Assembly: GCA_017609285.1 (NCBI GenBank)
Contig: JAFCEE010000002.1
Location: 8,152 to 72,151, forward strand
Length of the DNA: 64,000 bases
Source of the DNA: Candidatus Pacearchaeota archaeon
GTDB lineage: Archaea > Nanobdellota > Nanobdellia > Pacearchaeales > GW2011-AR1
Direction: 5' to 3'
The notes below the pieces were generated by a model. The model did not search any database, was not told the DNA's origin, and saw nothing but the letters and a program-made list of their open reading frames with translations. Shown here piece after piece: positions 1-9,124 of the stretch. A program made the position numbers and the translations under genes. The number at the start of each line of letters is the position of its first letter. Within the stretch, counting starts at the first letter, position 1.

Positions 1-2
1 TA

Positions 3-254
3 GCTAAGGAAATTTTGGGAAAAATAGATTATGATATTTCTGTTTCAGTTAAAGGTGGGGGTATAGAATCAGGAATAGAGGCTGCGAGATTATCAATAGC
101 TAGAGCATTAGTTCTTGCTTCTAAATCTGATAAACTAAAGAAAGCTTTTCTTGCTTATGATAGGAATTTGTTGGTAGCTGATACTAGAAGAAAAGAAACT
201 TATAAGCCTGGCGATAGTAAAGCTAGAAAGAAAAGACAGAAAAGTTATAGGTAA
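3..254 (+). CDS. rps9: 30S ribosomal protein uS9 (S9p), C-terminal part; 5' end outside window
   Basis: The frame is open from the window edge. 'VSVKGGGIESGIEAARLSIARAL' and the K/R-rich C-terminus 'ARKKRQKSYR' are the uS9 signature. Confidence 0.85.
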   Translation, partial: AKEILGKIDYDISVSVKGGGIESGIEAARLSIARALVLASKSDKLKKAFLAYDRNLLVADTRRKETYKPGDSKARKKRQKSYR

Positions 255-296
255 GTGGGGCAAAAACTTGAATTTAATTATAAAATTCTTTTAATC

Positions 297-827
297 TCAT
301 TTTATCCCTAAACTCTCTAATTTGTTTTGTACTTTATTAAAAAGTTCGGGTGTTATTATTGGCTTATGTTTTCCTTGACAAATTTGGCCGGCAAATTTAA
401 CTTTGCCTATATAAGTAAAGTTTCTTAGTATTTTTTTAATTCCGTTTACTGAAAAACCATATTTTTTTGCTAAGGAATTTAAACTTAAATTTTTCTCGAG
501 GAAAGTTGTAAAGATTTCATGTACAATTAAACTTTTTTCAGTATCTATGATTAATTCTTTATTTTCTAATTTATAGCCAAAAGGTGCCCTACTTACTATA
601 CTTCCTGCCCTCGCCTTTTTTTCCATACCAGAAATGTTTTTGTTCTCTTTAGAAAATTTTCTAAATGTTTCAAGAACTTGCCAGTTTATTTTTTCTTGTA
701 AATATTCTTGTAAGTCTGTAGGATTAGAAGGAGCAAATTTACTACATACTAAACACAAATATTTTCCTTTTTCTATTTCTTTTAAATCTTTAGATTCATA
801 ACCGCATTTTTCACATTTTTTATTCAT
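297..827 (-). CDS. Zn-ribbon + serine-recombinase 'Recombinase' DNA-binding domain protein without a resolvase catalytic domain
   Basis: The N-terminus has CxxC...CxxC (CEKCG...CLVCS). 'RAPFGYKLENKELIIDTEKSLIVHEIF...LAKKYG...IKKILRNFTYIGK...HKPIITPELFNKVQ' matches the Recombinase domain that follows the catalytic domain in large serine recombinases. No Ser-nucleophile domain is present. The start overlaps the 3' end of the upstream recombinase gene by 8 nt. Confidence 0.7.
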   Translation of the reverse strand: MNKKCEKCGYESKDLKEIEKGKYLCLVCSKFAPSNPTDLQEYLQEKINWQVLETFRKFSKENKNISGMEKKARAGSIVSRAPFGYKLENKELIIDTEKSLIVHEIFTTFLEKNLSLNSLAKKYGFSVNGIKKILRNFTYIGKVKFAGQICQGKHKPIITPELFNKVQNKLESLGIK

Positions 828-1674
828 TTTTTTCTGTTCTTTGATCCATAAGAGTGTCTAAAGGACTTTTTATTTTTTTCAGTTCTTCTCTTGAGATGTG
901 AGTATAGATTTGGGTCGTAGAAAGATTTGAATGTCCAAGAAGTTCTTGAATTTTTCTTATATCTATCCCATCCTCAAGAAGGTGTGTTGCAAAACTATGC
1001 CTTAAAGTATGACAATGCACATCTTTGTTTATTCCAGCTTTTTTTGCTGCCCTCTTAACTATTTTCTGTATGTTTCTTGCAGTTAATTTACCTTTTGATC
1101 CGGTAAATAAGTATTCTTGCTTTTTTTCTTTTTGTTTTTTAATCTGTTTTTTTAAATCTGAAAAAATAAAGGAGGGGATATTAAAAATTCTATCTTTTCT
1201 ACCTTTAGCTTGTTTTATTTGTCCTATTTTTTCTCCAAAATTTAGATTGTTAATTTTTAAATTTATTAATTCAGAAACACGTAAACCAGCAGCATATAAA
1301 AGAGAAATCATTAATTTGCTTTTTTTATTATTGCAAGAAGAAATTAATTTTCTAACCTCATCTTTTGTCAATACTTCTGGCAGTTTTTTTTCTCTTTTCG
1401 GCCTTTTAATTCCTGCTGTTATATCTCTTCTTAAGATAGACGAGTAAGCATATTTTATTGCAGATAAAAACAAGATTATTGTTGAGCTTGACTTGTCTGA
1501 TAAGTTTTCAGCTATATATTCCTTTACATTTTGCTCATTTATTTGTTCTGGCTGTTTTTTACAAAACTCAATTAAATCAGAGTTGGCTTTAATATAATTT
1601 TTTATTGTGTGTTCTGAATTTTTAGAAATTTTTAATTCTATTTTTAATTTTTTTAAAAACTCCTCTTTTTTCAT
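820..1674 (-). CDS. xerA: Tyrosine site-specific recombinase, XerA/XerC/XerD family
   Basis: 284 aa. It has a core-binding N-terminal domain and the catalytic motifs 'AGLRVSEL' and 'HTLRHSFATHLLEDGIDIRKIQELLGHSNLSTTQIYTH' (R, HxxR, H, Y nucleophile). Confidence 0.85.
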   Translation of the reverse strand: MKKEEFLKKLKIELKISKNSEHTIKNYIKANSDLIEFCKKQPEQINEQNVKEYIAENLSDKSSSTIILFLSAIKYAYSSILRRDITAGIKRPKREKKLPEVLTKDEVRKLISSCNNKKSKLMISLLYAAGLRVSELINLKINNLNFGEKIGQIKQAKGRKDRIFNIPSFIFSDLKKQIKKQKEKKQEYLFTGSKGKLTARNIQKIVKRAAKKAGINKDVHCHTLRHSFATHLLEDGIDIRKIQELLGHSNLSTTQIYTHISREELKKIKSPLDTLMDQRTEKNE

Positions 1675-1767
1675 ATAAAAGGTTATGCGAACTTGTTTAT
1701 AAATTTTGTTGAGGGATTTAGTTAGGTTTTTAAACTCTTTTTTAATGATTTAAACGGAGGAATGTAA

Positions 1768-2124
1768 ATGAAAGTATCAGAACTAAAATCAGGACAAAGT
1801 AACGTAGAGGTTGAAGGAGAGATAAAAGAGATTGGAGATATAAGAGAGTTTAACAGTTATGGAAGACAGCTTAGAGTTGCAACAGCTAAAATCCAAGATG
1901 ATTCTGGAAGCATTGATTTAAGTTTATGGAACGAAGATATTGATAAAGTGAAAGTAGGAGACAAGGTAAAGATAACTAATGGTTATGTAAAAGACTTTCA
2001 AGGAGCATTACAATTAACAGCTGGAAAGTTTGGAAAGATTGAAGTAATTAGAGAATCTGACGAAGAGAAAGCAGAAAAAGCTGAAGAAGTTGAAAAGTCT
2101 GGAAAAGAAGTTGTGGAAGAATAA
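1768..2124 (+). CDS. Single OB-fold ssDNA-binding protein (SSB/RPA-like) with acidic C-terminal tail
   Basis: 118 aa. OB-fold-like beta pattern 'VEVEGEIKEIGDIREF...LRVATAKIQDDSGSIDLSLWNEDI...KVKITNGYVKDFQGALQLT'. Acidic tail 'ESDEEKAEKAEEVEKSGKEVVEE'. A GGAGG motif lies upstream of the ATG. Confidence 0.7.
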   Translation: MKVSELKSGQSNVEVEGEIKEIGDIREFNSYGRQLRVATAKIQDDSGSIDLSLWNEDIDKVKVGDKVKITNGYVKDFQGALQLTAGKFGKIEVIRESDEEKAEKAEEVEKSGKEVVEE

Positions 2125-2218
2125 GAGAAGAAATTTTTCTAAATTATTTTTATTTTTTTCTTAGAAATTCTTTTTTTAAAGATAAATTTTTAAATTTAAA
2201 ATTCTAAATAAAATTACA

Positions 2219-2485
2219 ATGAAAAATAATAAGAAAGAGGTGATTTTGGAATTTGACTTGCCTGATTTTAGTAAGAGAGATATAAGAATTAGGTTGGGAA
2301 AAAATTCTGCTTCAATAAAAGCAGAAAAGAGGCAGGAAAAGAAAGTGCAGAGAAAAGATTTTTTTCATGCAGAAAAGAGCTATAAGAGTTTTAGTTATTA
2401 TACAACCTTACCCAGAATAAATCCTGAGAAAGCAAAAACAGAATTTAAAAAAGGCAAGTTGAAAATTAAAGCTCCAAAAAGTTAA
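2219..2485 (+). CDS. Small Hsp20/alpha-crystallin domain protein
   Basis: 88 aa. 'ILEFDLPDFSKRDIRIRLGKNSASIKAEK...SFSYYTTLPRINPEKAKTEFKKGKLKIKAPK' follows the alpha-crystallin domain pattern (DLPG-like ... A.f.nGvL.i..PK). Confidence 0.6.
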   Translation: MKNNKKEVILEFDLPDFSKRDIRIRLGKNSASIKAEKRQEKKVQRKDFFHAEKSYKSFSYYTTLPRINPEKAKTEFKKGKLKIKAPKS

Positions 2486-2698
2486 TTTTATAATTTTCTT
2501 TTTTTGTTTTTTCTTATATGAAAGAATAAAGAATAGATTTTAATAAAATAGTATGTAGGATATTATAGAGATAATAAAAAAGGAAGTTCTTCTATCCCAG
2601 TATGCAGAAACAAGATTATGGTAAATATGGCAAAATGATAATTAGAGTTAATTGATAACGATTAGAAAGGTTTAAAAGCTGTCTTTATTAGTAGATAG

Positions 2699-2908
2699 AT
2701 GGTTGAAGGAACAGTAAAGTTTTTCAACAGAATGAGGAACTATGGCTTCATCAACGGAGATGACGGGACAAGTTATTTTGTCCATGGAACAGGGTTGAAA
2801 GAAGGAGTTGAGATTGATGAAGGAGATAGGGTTTCTTTTAAAGCTGTCAAAGGGGATAAAGGTCCTAAGGCAGAAGATGTTGAAAAGCTTAAAGAAAAGA
2901 AAGAATAA
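2699..2908 (+). CDS. Cold-shock domain (CspA-like) protein
   Basis: 69 aa. 'GTVKFFNRMRNYGFI' (RNP1-like) and 'SYFVH' (RNP2-like). Confidence 0.8.
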   Translation: MVEGTVKFFNRMRNYGFINGDDGTSYFVHGTGLKEGVEIDEGDRVSFKAVKGDKGPKAEDVEKLKEKKE

Positions 2909-3030
2909 ACAGCAAGTAAACTAATTCTTAGTTTAGTTTTTGTGTTGTCTTTTGTATTTGGGAATTTGGGATTGTTATCTTTAAATTTTTTTAACATAAA
3001 CCTTATAAAGGAAATTTAGGATTTTATTGA

Positions 3031-3708
3031 ATGAAAACTTATAAACTTTCGCCATCAGCATTAACTTTATTTGAAGAATGTCCAAGATGTTTTTGGCTTC
3101 ATTATAATCAAGGGGTAAGAAGGCCTTCTGGGCCTTTTCCTTCTCTTCCAAGTGGAATGGACAGAATATTAAAACAACATTTTGATAAGTTTATGAAAAG
3201 AGGGGAGTTACCTCCTGAATTGCAGGAAAATAAAGAATGTGAAGGAATGAAACTTTTTGATGATGTAGAGTTATTAGAAATATGGAGAAATAATAGGAAG
3301 GGTATAGTATTTGAAGATTCAAAGGGAAATGTTCTGCACGGGGCGGTAGATAATGTTCTTGTTAAAGGTAAAAAATTAATTGTCTTAGATTATAAGACAA
3401 GAGGTTTCCCTCTTAAAGAAGATACAGCTGAACATTATCAGAAACAGTTAGATATTTATTGTTTCTTGTTGAGAAAAAATGGTTATGAGGTAGAGGATTT
3501 TGGTTTCTTGCTTTTTTATGTTCCAAAAGAAGTCTTGGAAACTGGAGAAGTGATATTTGATACTGAGCTGGTAAAGATGAAAGTTGATGAGAAAAGAGCT
3601 GAAAAGCTGTGGAAAAAGGCGTTGAAGTTGTTGAATAGTAAGTGTCCTGAAAAAGATGAAGAGTGTGTATGGTGCAAGTTAGTTGAGGCTGAGGTTAGGG
3701 GGAGTTGA
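3031..3708 (+). CDS. Cas4-like PD-(D/E)XK nuclease with Cys cluster (solo, no CRISPR context)
   Basis: 225 aa. N-terminal 'ECPRCFW', a nuclease core 'VLDYKTRG' plus 'QLDIYCFLL' (QxxxY), and C-terminal 'CPEKDEECVWC'. This is the layout of Cas4/RecB-family Fe-S nucleases. Confidence 0.7.
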   Translation: MKTYKLSPSALTLFEECPRCFWLHYNQGVRRPSGPFPSLPSGMDRILKQHFDKFMKRGELPPELQENKECEGMKLFDDVELLEIWRNNRKGIVFEDSKGNVLHGAVDNVLVKGKKLIVLDYKTRGFPLKEDTAEHYQKQLDIYCFLLRKNGYEVEDFGFLLFYVPKEVLETGEVIFDTELVKMKVDEKRAEKLWKKALKLLNSKCPEKDEECVWCKLVEAEVRGS

Positions 3709-4160
3709 AAATGAAATTGGTTATCAAATTTTTAATTTTATTTGTGATTGTGGCATTTTCAGACTTAATTATATTTACTTATCTTCATGAACTTGCACAT
3801 AAAAGAGCTCTTAAAAAAGCTGGAATTAAAGGGAATATAGCATGGAATGTTAAGGAGAATATAAAACACCTTGGAGCAAGCCCTGTAGCAATTTGTTCTT
3901 TCGATAAGAAAAAACTGGAAAAAATAGGATATGAAAGAAAGAAAAATATATTTTTATCAGGAATTAAGATGGATTTAATAATTCTATTAATATTGTCTAT
4001 TTTATCTATTATTTTTGGAATTTTCTTTATTCTAGGTAAGATGATTATATGGTATATCTTATTAGTTTGTAATACTTTAATTTTAATAAGAGTTTGGCAT
4101 GTGATAAATAACATATTTAAGAAGGATTCAGATTTAGACCAGTTTTTACATGTGGTGTAA
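3705..4160 (+). CDS. Small membrane protein with HExxH motif (M50/zincin-like)
   Basis: 151 aa with several TM segments. 'YLHELAHKRALKKAG' resembles the M50 'HExxHxxxAxxxG' motif. A possible distal 'NNIFKKDSDLDQF' is present. It overlaps the upstream nuclease gene by 4 nt. Confidence 0.45.
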   Translation: MKMKLVIKFLILFVIVAFSDLIIFTYLHELAHKRALKKAGIKGNIAWNVKENIKHLGASPVAICSFDKKKLEKIGYERKKNIFLSGIKMDLIILLILSILSIIFGIFFILGKMIIWYILLVCNTLILIRVWHVINNIFKKDSDLDQFLHVV

Positions 4161-4202
4161 GTTGATTGAAGCTGAAGTCAATAAAGGATAAAAAGAATTA
4201 AT

Positions 4203-6018
4203 TAATCTCTAATCACATCAAAAACTCTCAAATCAGGGGACAAGAGAAAGACCTGGTCTGATTCTGATCTTAAAGCGCGATAAATCCTTTGCAAAAATTC
4301 TCTTCTTGCTTTATCTATATAAAAGGAAGTGTAATGCTGTGGTCTTGTTTTTTTCAAAAGTCTCCAAAAAAGTGAGTTTACATTTGAATAAGGGTATTTT
4401 GTTAGGACTATACTGTTGCAGGTTTTTCCTGGAAAGTCTACACCTCGATTACATTTTGTGGAATATAAAATTTTTATTTTTCCCTGCTTGAATCTCTTTA
4501 CGAATTTACATGAACTAAAGTTGGTTTTTCAGCTTGCTTAATAGATTTTTCTAATGCTTCTAAATATTGTTTTCTTGTCACTTTTCCTGTTTGAAAGTTC
4601 TCGTATTTACAATTAATCTCTAAGCCTGTCCTTAAAGGGATTATTTTTCCAGGCATTTTAGTTTCTGCTTCAATAATTTTAAAATTCTGTAAGCCAAAAA
4701 TCTCTTTCAAAACTTTTTCTGAATGTATGGTTCCAGACATCATAACAAAAATTTTATTTTTATTAAGTATTTCATCAAACCTTTTTTCAAGATTTACTGT
4801 TATTATTTTTACAATTAAATTTTTATCCTCTTTATCAAAAGAGACAAAAGTTTCGTCGAAAAAACCTTCAAAAGTTCTGGCAACTTCATTAACATGATAA
4901 CAATAATTTTCCTCATCATATTCAACTGAATCTAAAAAAGAAGAATTTGTGAAAGCGTCTAAAATCTGGAAAATTGGAGTTTTCTTTAATGGAATTAACT
5001 CTTTGTTTAAAGATTCAAATTTTTTATTTTTTAAAATTTCAGAAGTCAGCTTAATTAAATTGTTAATAATTTTTTGGCTTTCTCTGCTTTCAGGATAGAG
5101 GCTTCCTAAAGAAAAATTCAGCCTGTTAATATTAATTTTCTTTTGGTTTGAAAAAGAGTCGAGAAATTCATCGCACTCATCAATAATTTCTATATCTGTC
5201 TGGGGTTTTCTGTTCATTAAATTTTCAAGTTTATATTTCTGGCTGTTGAAGATTATGACATCTGCATCGATGTATGCCTGATACTGGTCATAATAGCCAC
5301 ACCCTTTTTTTCTTTGGTAAATTGTGTAGTTTATGTTATTAAGAGCTTTGTAAGTTTTTGGAGTTGAATTATCAAGATTTAAATTTGCATCTGAAGGAAC
5401 TATTGGAGACCAGTAAGGACAAACTGGAGCTATTGACATTCTTCTTACATGACTTATTGTATCAAAATCAGAAAATTTGACTCTTGGATTTTTTCTTAAA
5501 TACTGTCTGATTTGTTTGATATTTTTTTCTTTAATTTCGATTTTACATGGGAGGTAATTATTATTACATGAATTTTCTTTATTTTTATCTGAGTTCTCTC
5601 TTTTATTTTCAAATCTTAAATTTTGAAAATCGCTTAGTTTTGAATTCGTTTCTTTTATCTCTATGTTTAAGTTTTCTTCTTTTAAAAAAGGGCAGGTAAA
5701 ATTTTGCCTACCTGTTATTATTTTTATTTTTAATTTTTCTCCATTATTTTTTAAAAGATATTTTTTATTTGTGTAGTCATCTTCATATTGTTTTTGTAAA
5801 GCTTTAACTGGAACTACAACAGAAGCTCTTCCAATTTCTTTTGATAGGTTTAGAGCTATGGCTGATTTTCCTGTTCCGCATTTTCCTTTAATAAAAATTA
5901 CTTTATGGCCTTTATTTATTGCTTCTATCACCTCATTTACTACATCTTCTTGAGTTTTACTATTAGAAAAAACTAAAGGTTTTAGGCTCTTTCCATTTTC
6001 GTACAAGCTCCATGACAT
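4203..6018 (-). pseudogene. SF2 helicase (XPD/DinG-like helicase_C_2 type) interrupted by a frameshift
   Basis: The 4498..6018 ORF has Walker A 'GKCGTGKSAIA' and a DExx box 'IIDECDEF', and ends '...EKPTLVHVNS*'. The -1 frame is open from 4528 to a TAA at 4203..4205. It encodes '...FVKRFKQGKIKILYSTKCNRGVDFPGKTCNSIVLTKYPYSNVNSLFW...FLQRIYRALRSESDQVFLLSPDLRVF', a helicase C-terminal domain. Confidence 0.6.
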
Positions 6019-6121
6019 TTTATATGGTTTGATTGTAGACTGAAGTTTATATGGGTTTGTATTTTGGTGAGAGTTAAAATTAAAAGTGTAGGATTTCTAG
6101 TTTAGGGTATGGTAGGGAAAA

Positions 6122-6682
6122 ATGGTAATAACTTCTGATTTAATAAAAGTATCAATTTTAGAAATTATTCTTTTAGCTATTTTATTTTTATTTTATAAAT
6201 ATAAAAAGAGGAGTTGGATTAAAAATGCTCTTTTAAATTTCAAATTTGGTATCAGGAAACCTTTATTAACAATAATTCTTCCCATGTTAATTAGTCTATT
6301 TATGGTTTTTAGTTATATTTTATTTTTTAAAAGAATTGTTGCCTATAATGTCTATTTACCTATCTTATTTTTTAGTGGGGTAATTTTAGGGCCGATTTTT
6401 GAAGAAGTTCTTTTAAGAGGGGTTTTTCTTGGATGTTTTATAAGATTATCAGAAAATTTGAATGCTAATTTGAGTAAAATTATATTTATATCTCTTGGAT
6501 TTTTATTGCAGTTATTTTTATTTGTATTTGGCCATATGAGGTTTGGTGGGGGAGAGATATTAATTTTAATTTTTAGTGGATTTTTATTTAGCTTATTATT
6601 TTTGATTTATAAAAGGAACATAATTCCCTCAATAATTGCTCATTCTACGTATAATTTGTTTGTAATTTTGATTAATATTTGA
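6122..6682 (+). CDS. CPBP (CAAX/Abi) family intramembrane glutamic protease
   Basis: 186 aa, polytopic. Three CPBP motifs are present: 'EEVLLRG', 'FGHMRF' and 'AHSTYN'. Confidence 0.8.
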   Translation: MVITSDLIKVSILEIILLAILFLFYKYKKRSWIKNALLNFKFGIRKPLLTIILPMLISLFMVFSYILFFKRIVAYNVYLPILFFSGVILGPIFEEVLLRGVFLGCFIRLSENLNANLSKIIFISLGFLLQLFLFVFGHMRFGGGEILILIFSGFLFSLLFLIYKRNIIPSIIAHSTYNLFVILINI

Positions 6683-6797
6683 AACCTAAAATTTTTATAT
6701 GAGGGTTTGTTTTTGTTAGAGGGGTATGGTGGGGAAAGACTTTTTATTTCAAGGCAGTCTGAATTGTTTATTGAGAAAGAGTTAAAAAGGATAAAAA

Positions 6798-7265
6798 ATG
6801 ATAAAAGAAATAATCAATTTTGTTAAGAATCCTGAAAATTTACATTTATTAATATTAATACTCCCTCCTTTTACTTTTTATTTAACAAATCAGAAAAAAC
6901 TATTGCTTATTTTCTCAATTATAGTCTCAACAATCCTTTTTGTTTATAGAATTGATTTAAAAAATAAAGTAGATTTGTTTATTAAGAGTAGGATTAATAC
7001 TAAGAGAAAAAGAAAAAAACAATTCAGGTCTCTTAAAGAACAAATTAAGAATGTAGATCGCGAATTTTGGTATATTTTTTCATGGAAATTCTTTATGATT
7101 GTAAATCTAATCTTTTTAGGTTTGTTAATTTACTCTACCTTTTTGTCGTATAATTATAAATTAGGACTGTTTTTATTGCACCTTGCATCATGGGTGTTCG
7201 TTATTTTTTTATATCTAATTATCAATTATAATTTAAATTTACTACATAAAAGAGAGGAAAAATAA
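6798..7265 (+). CDS. Hypothetical membrane protein
   Basis: 155 aa. It has four hydrophobic segments and a central basic stretch. No family was recognised. Confidence 0.5.
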   Translation: MIKEIINFVKNPENLHLLILILPPFTFYLTNQKKLLLIFSIIVSTILFVYRIDLKNKVDLFIKSRINTKRKRKKQFRSLKEQIKNVDREFWYIFSWKFFMIVNLIFLGLLIYSTFLSYNYKLGLFLLHLASWVFVIFLYLIINYNLNLLHKREEK

Positions 7266-7267
7266 CC

Positions 7268-7405
7268 ATGCCAAAAGAAAACTATTCCGAATGGACAAGG
7301 CAAGAATTGATTAGAGAAATTAAGAAGCTCAAAAAGAGAAAGAGGTACGGAATAGTTTGGGAAGAAAAAATAAAAACCCAATTAATTTTAATGGGATATA
7401 CTTAA
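7268..7405 (+). pseudogene. Orphan 45-aa N-terminal gene fragment (methyltransferase/helicase-type leader)
   Basis: Not in the ORF track. ATG 7268, TAA 7403. It encodes 'MPKENYSEWTRQELIREIKKLKKRKRYGIVWEEKIKTQLILMGYT'. The 'EL..EI.KLKK.K.YG(L/I)VWE.K' leader resembles N-termini of Mod-type methyltransferase or R-M helicase proteins (from memory). The reading frame ends exactly at the border of the R-M cassette. Confidence 0.35.
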
Positions 7406-7411
7406 ATATAT

Positions 7412-9124
7412 GTGTTTAAGACGATTAAAATGAGAATTCCCAAAAAAGTAAGGAACATAACAAAGTGGTTACCTTTTAGTGACCAAAGAAGAAAGAAACA
7501 AATGTGGCATATAAATAAAAGTAATGCTGAAGGATTAATAGAACAGTTTAGAGGTTTCCTGGAGATCTTTATAGAAAAAAATCTAGAAAACAAAAAATGG
7601 AGAAGCATTAAGGAAATTTTAAAAAGAGAGATGAGTAAAAAGGGTCTTTGTGCCCCAAGAATAAGTGATAGTAGAATTGGGACCCTTAAATCAGATATAT
7701 ATCAAATGGGGTTTATTAAATACAATAAAGATGGTTCTTTATCGATTACCAAAATTGGAAGGGAGTTTAGGGAAGATCCAAAAGAAGCATTAACCAAACA
7801 ATTCATAAAACTACAATTTACCAATCCAACAATAATTAATTACTGTAAGGACATATACCTTTTTCCAATAAGAGGTTTAATGAAACTTCTTATCGAATTA
7901 GGATATCTAACTAAGGAGGAGTTAGGATATATTGTATTCTTAAAGTATCTCTACGAAGATGATTTTGGGGTTGTTAAAGAAAAGATAAAAAAGTTTAGAG
8001 GATTATCTCAAAAAGAAAAAATTATAAACGAATTTAAGAAAACACCTGAAGGACATGTTGCTTTAACCTCTGCTTCCAGTGTAACTTATTTATGTTCTAA
8101 ACTTAAATTGACAGGTATTTTTGAGTATGAAAAAGGAATCCTAACGATCAAGCCCAATAAACTAAAATTTGTTAAAGATATTTTAGAAAAATATGAGGAT
8201 GTTTCTCCTTATCCTTATGAGAAAAATGACATTGATCTCTGGTTTGAATATTTTGGTGATCCAAGTCAAGAATACCCTCCAGAATTAAAGACAATTTCGT
8301 TTACAAAAAAGACGAGTGAAGAAAAATCTATTTCTATTTATGTTGGTGATATGGAAATTACACATTTCATAATGAATACAAATGAAGTAAAACAGATTCC
8401 CTTTTTTAATAATAAGAAATACCAATTTAGAATTTTAGATATAAAATCAAATAAAACGATCCAATTTGAGGTATCTACACAATTAAACAAAGACATTATT
8501 ATTGACAACAATCTTGAAAAACCAATAAATCTTGATGGGAATTACTTTAAAAATTCAATTCTTGAATTATGCGACAGTAAAGATTTTGATGGAGATCTGA
8601 GAAATAAAATAGAATTTTTAAAGAAAAAATATGGTAAAAATTTTAGAATAAATATTCCACAAGTGAGAGGTGCCAGACTCGAAGAATTATTATACAAGCT
8701 ATTAAAAATTCTTAAGAACAAAGGAATCTTAAAAGAAGTGATCTGGAAAGGTACGATTGACGAATTAGGAATACCACATCCAACTCCGGGAGGTTCTAAA
8801 GGAAATCCTGATATTGTATTTATAATGGATAAAACTTTATTTTTGTTAGAATTAACAACTCAAAAGGCAAAAAGTTCCCAAGAAAATACTGAGACATTTA
8901 GTATAGTTAGGCATATAAGAAATTTTGAAATTAACAATAAAGAAATTTTTGAAAAATATCATATTGATAATACTCTTTTAATCTTTGCAGCTCCTGTTTT
9001 GCATAAAGACATAATAAAAACATTAAAGGGAATCTTTGAAAGAGAAAGAATTAATTATAAATTTTTTAAGATTGAAGATTTATTAGAGGTTCTTATAAAT
9101 AACCCTCAAAGCTTACTTCTTTAG
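7412..9124 (+). CDS. Type IIS-like restriction (or nicking) endonuclease, AlwI/MlyI/PleI/N.BstNBI/BspD6I family-like
   Basis: 570 aa. C-terminal 'GGSKGNPDIVFIMDKTLFLLELTTQKAKSSQENTETFSIVRH' resembles the PD...E-x-TT-x-K core of this family. N-terminal 'ISDSRIGTLKSDIYQMGFIKYNKDGSLSITKIGREF...QFIKLQFTNP' resembles its recognition domain. Both comparisons are from memory and unverified. The track start is a GTG at 7412; the first ATG is at 7430. Confidence 0.65.
   Translation: MFKTIKMRIPKKVRNITKWLPFSDQRRKKQMWHINKSNAEGLIEQFRGFLEIFIEKNLENKKWRSIKEILKREMSKKGLCAPRISDSRIGTLKSDIYQMGFIKYNKDGSLSITKIGREFREDPKEALTKQFIKLQFTNPTIINYCKDIYLFPIRGLMKLLIELGYLTKEELGYIVFLKYLYEDDFGVVKEKIKKFRGLSQKEKIINEFKKTPEGHVALTSASSVTYLCSKLKLTGIFEYEKGILTIKPNKLKFVKDILEKYEDVSPYPYEKNDIDLWFEYFGDPSQEYPPELKTISFTKKTSEEKSISIYVGDMEITHFIMNTNEVKQIPFFNNKKYQFRILDIKSNKTIQFEVSTQLNKDIIIDNNLEKPINLDGNYFKNSILELCDSKDFDGDLRNKIEFLKKKYGKNFRINIPQVRGARLEELLYKLLKILKNKGILKEVIWKGTIDELGIPHPTPGGSKGNPDIVFIMDKTLFLLELTTQKAKSSQENTETFSIVRHIRNFEINNKEIFEKYHIDNTLLIFAAPVLHKDIIKTLKGIFERERINYKFFKIEDLLEVLINNPQSLLL

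Noticed and set aside
1025-1447. 140-aa + strand ORF inside the xerA gene
   Set aside because: It is antisense to a gene with a complete tyrosine-recombinase active site. Its F/L/I/C-rich composition is typical of the complement of K/E/N-rich coding DNA.
4306-4491. 61-aa + strand ORF
   Set aside because: It is antisense to the out-of-frame C-terminal helicase domain fragment, which has a convincing GVDFPG-type motif.
7399-7412. Possible direct repeat at the R-M cassette borders (TACTTAAATATATG at 7399 vs TACTAAATATATAT at 11914)
   Set aside because: It is short, imperfect and almost pure A/T in an AT-rich genome. Both copies also look like TATA-box/promoter sequence, so they are not sufficient as target-site duplication evidence.
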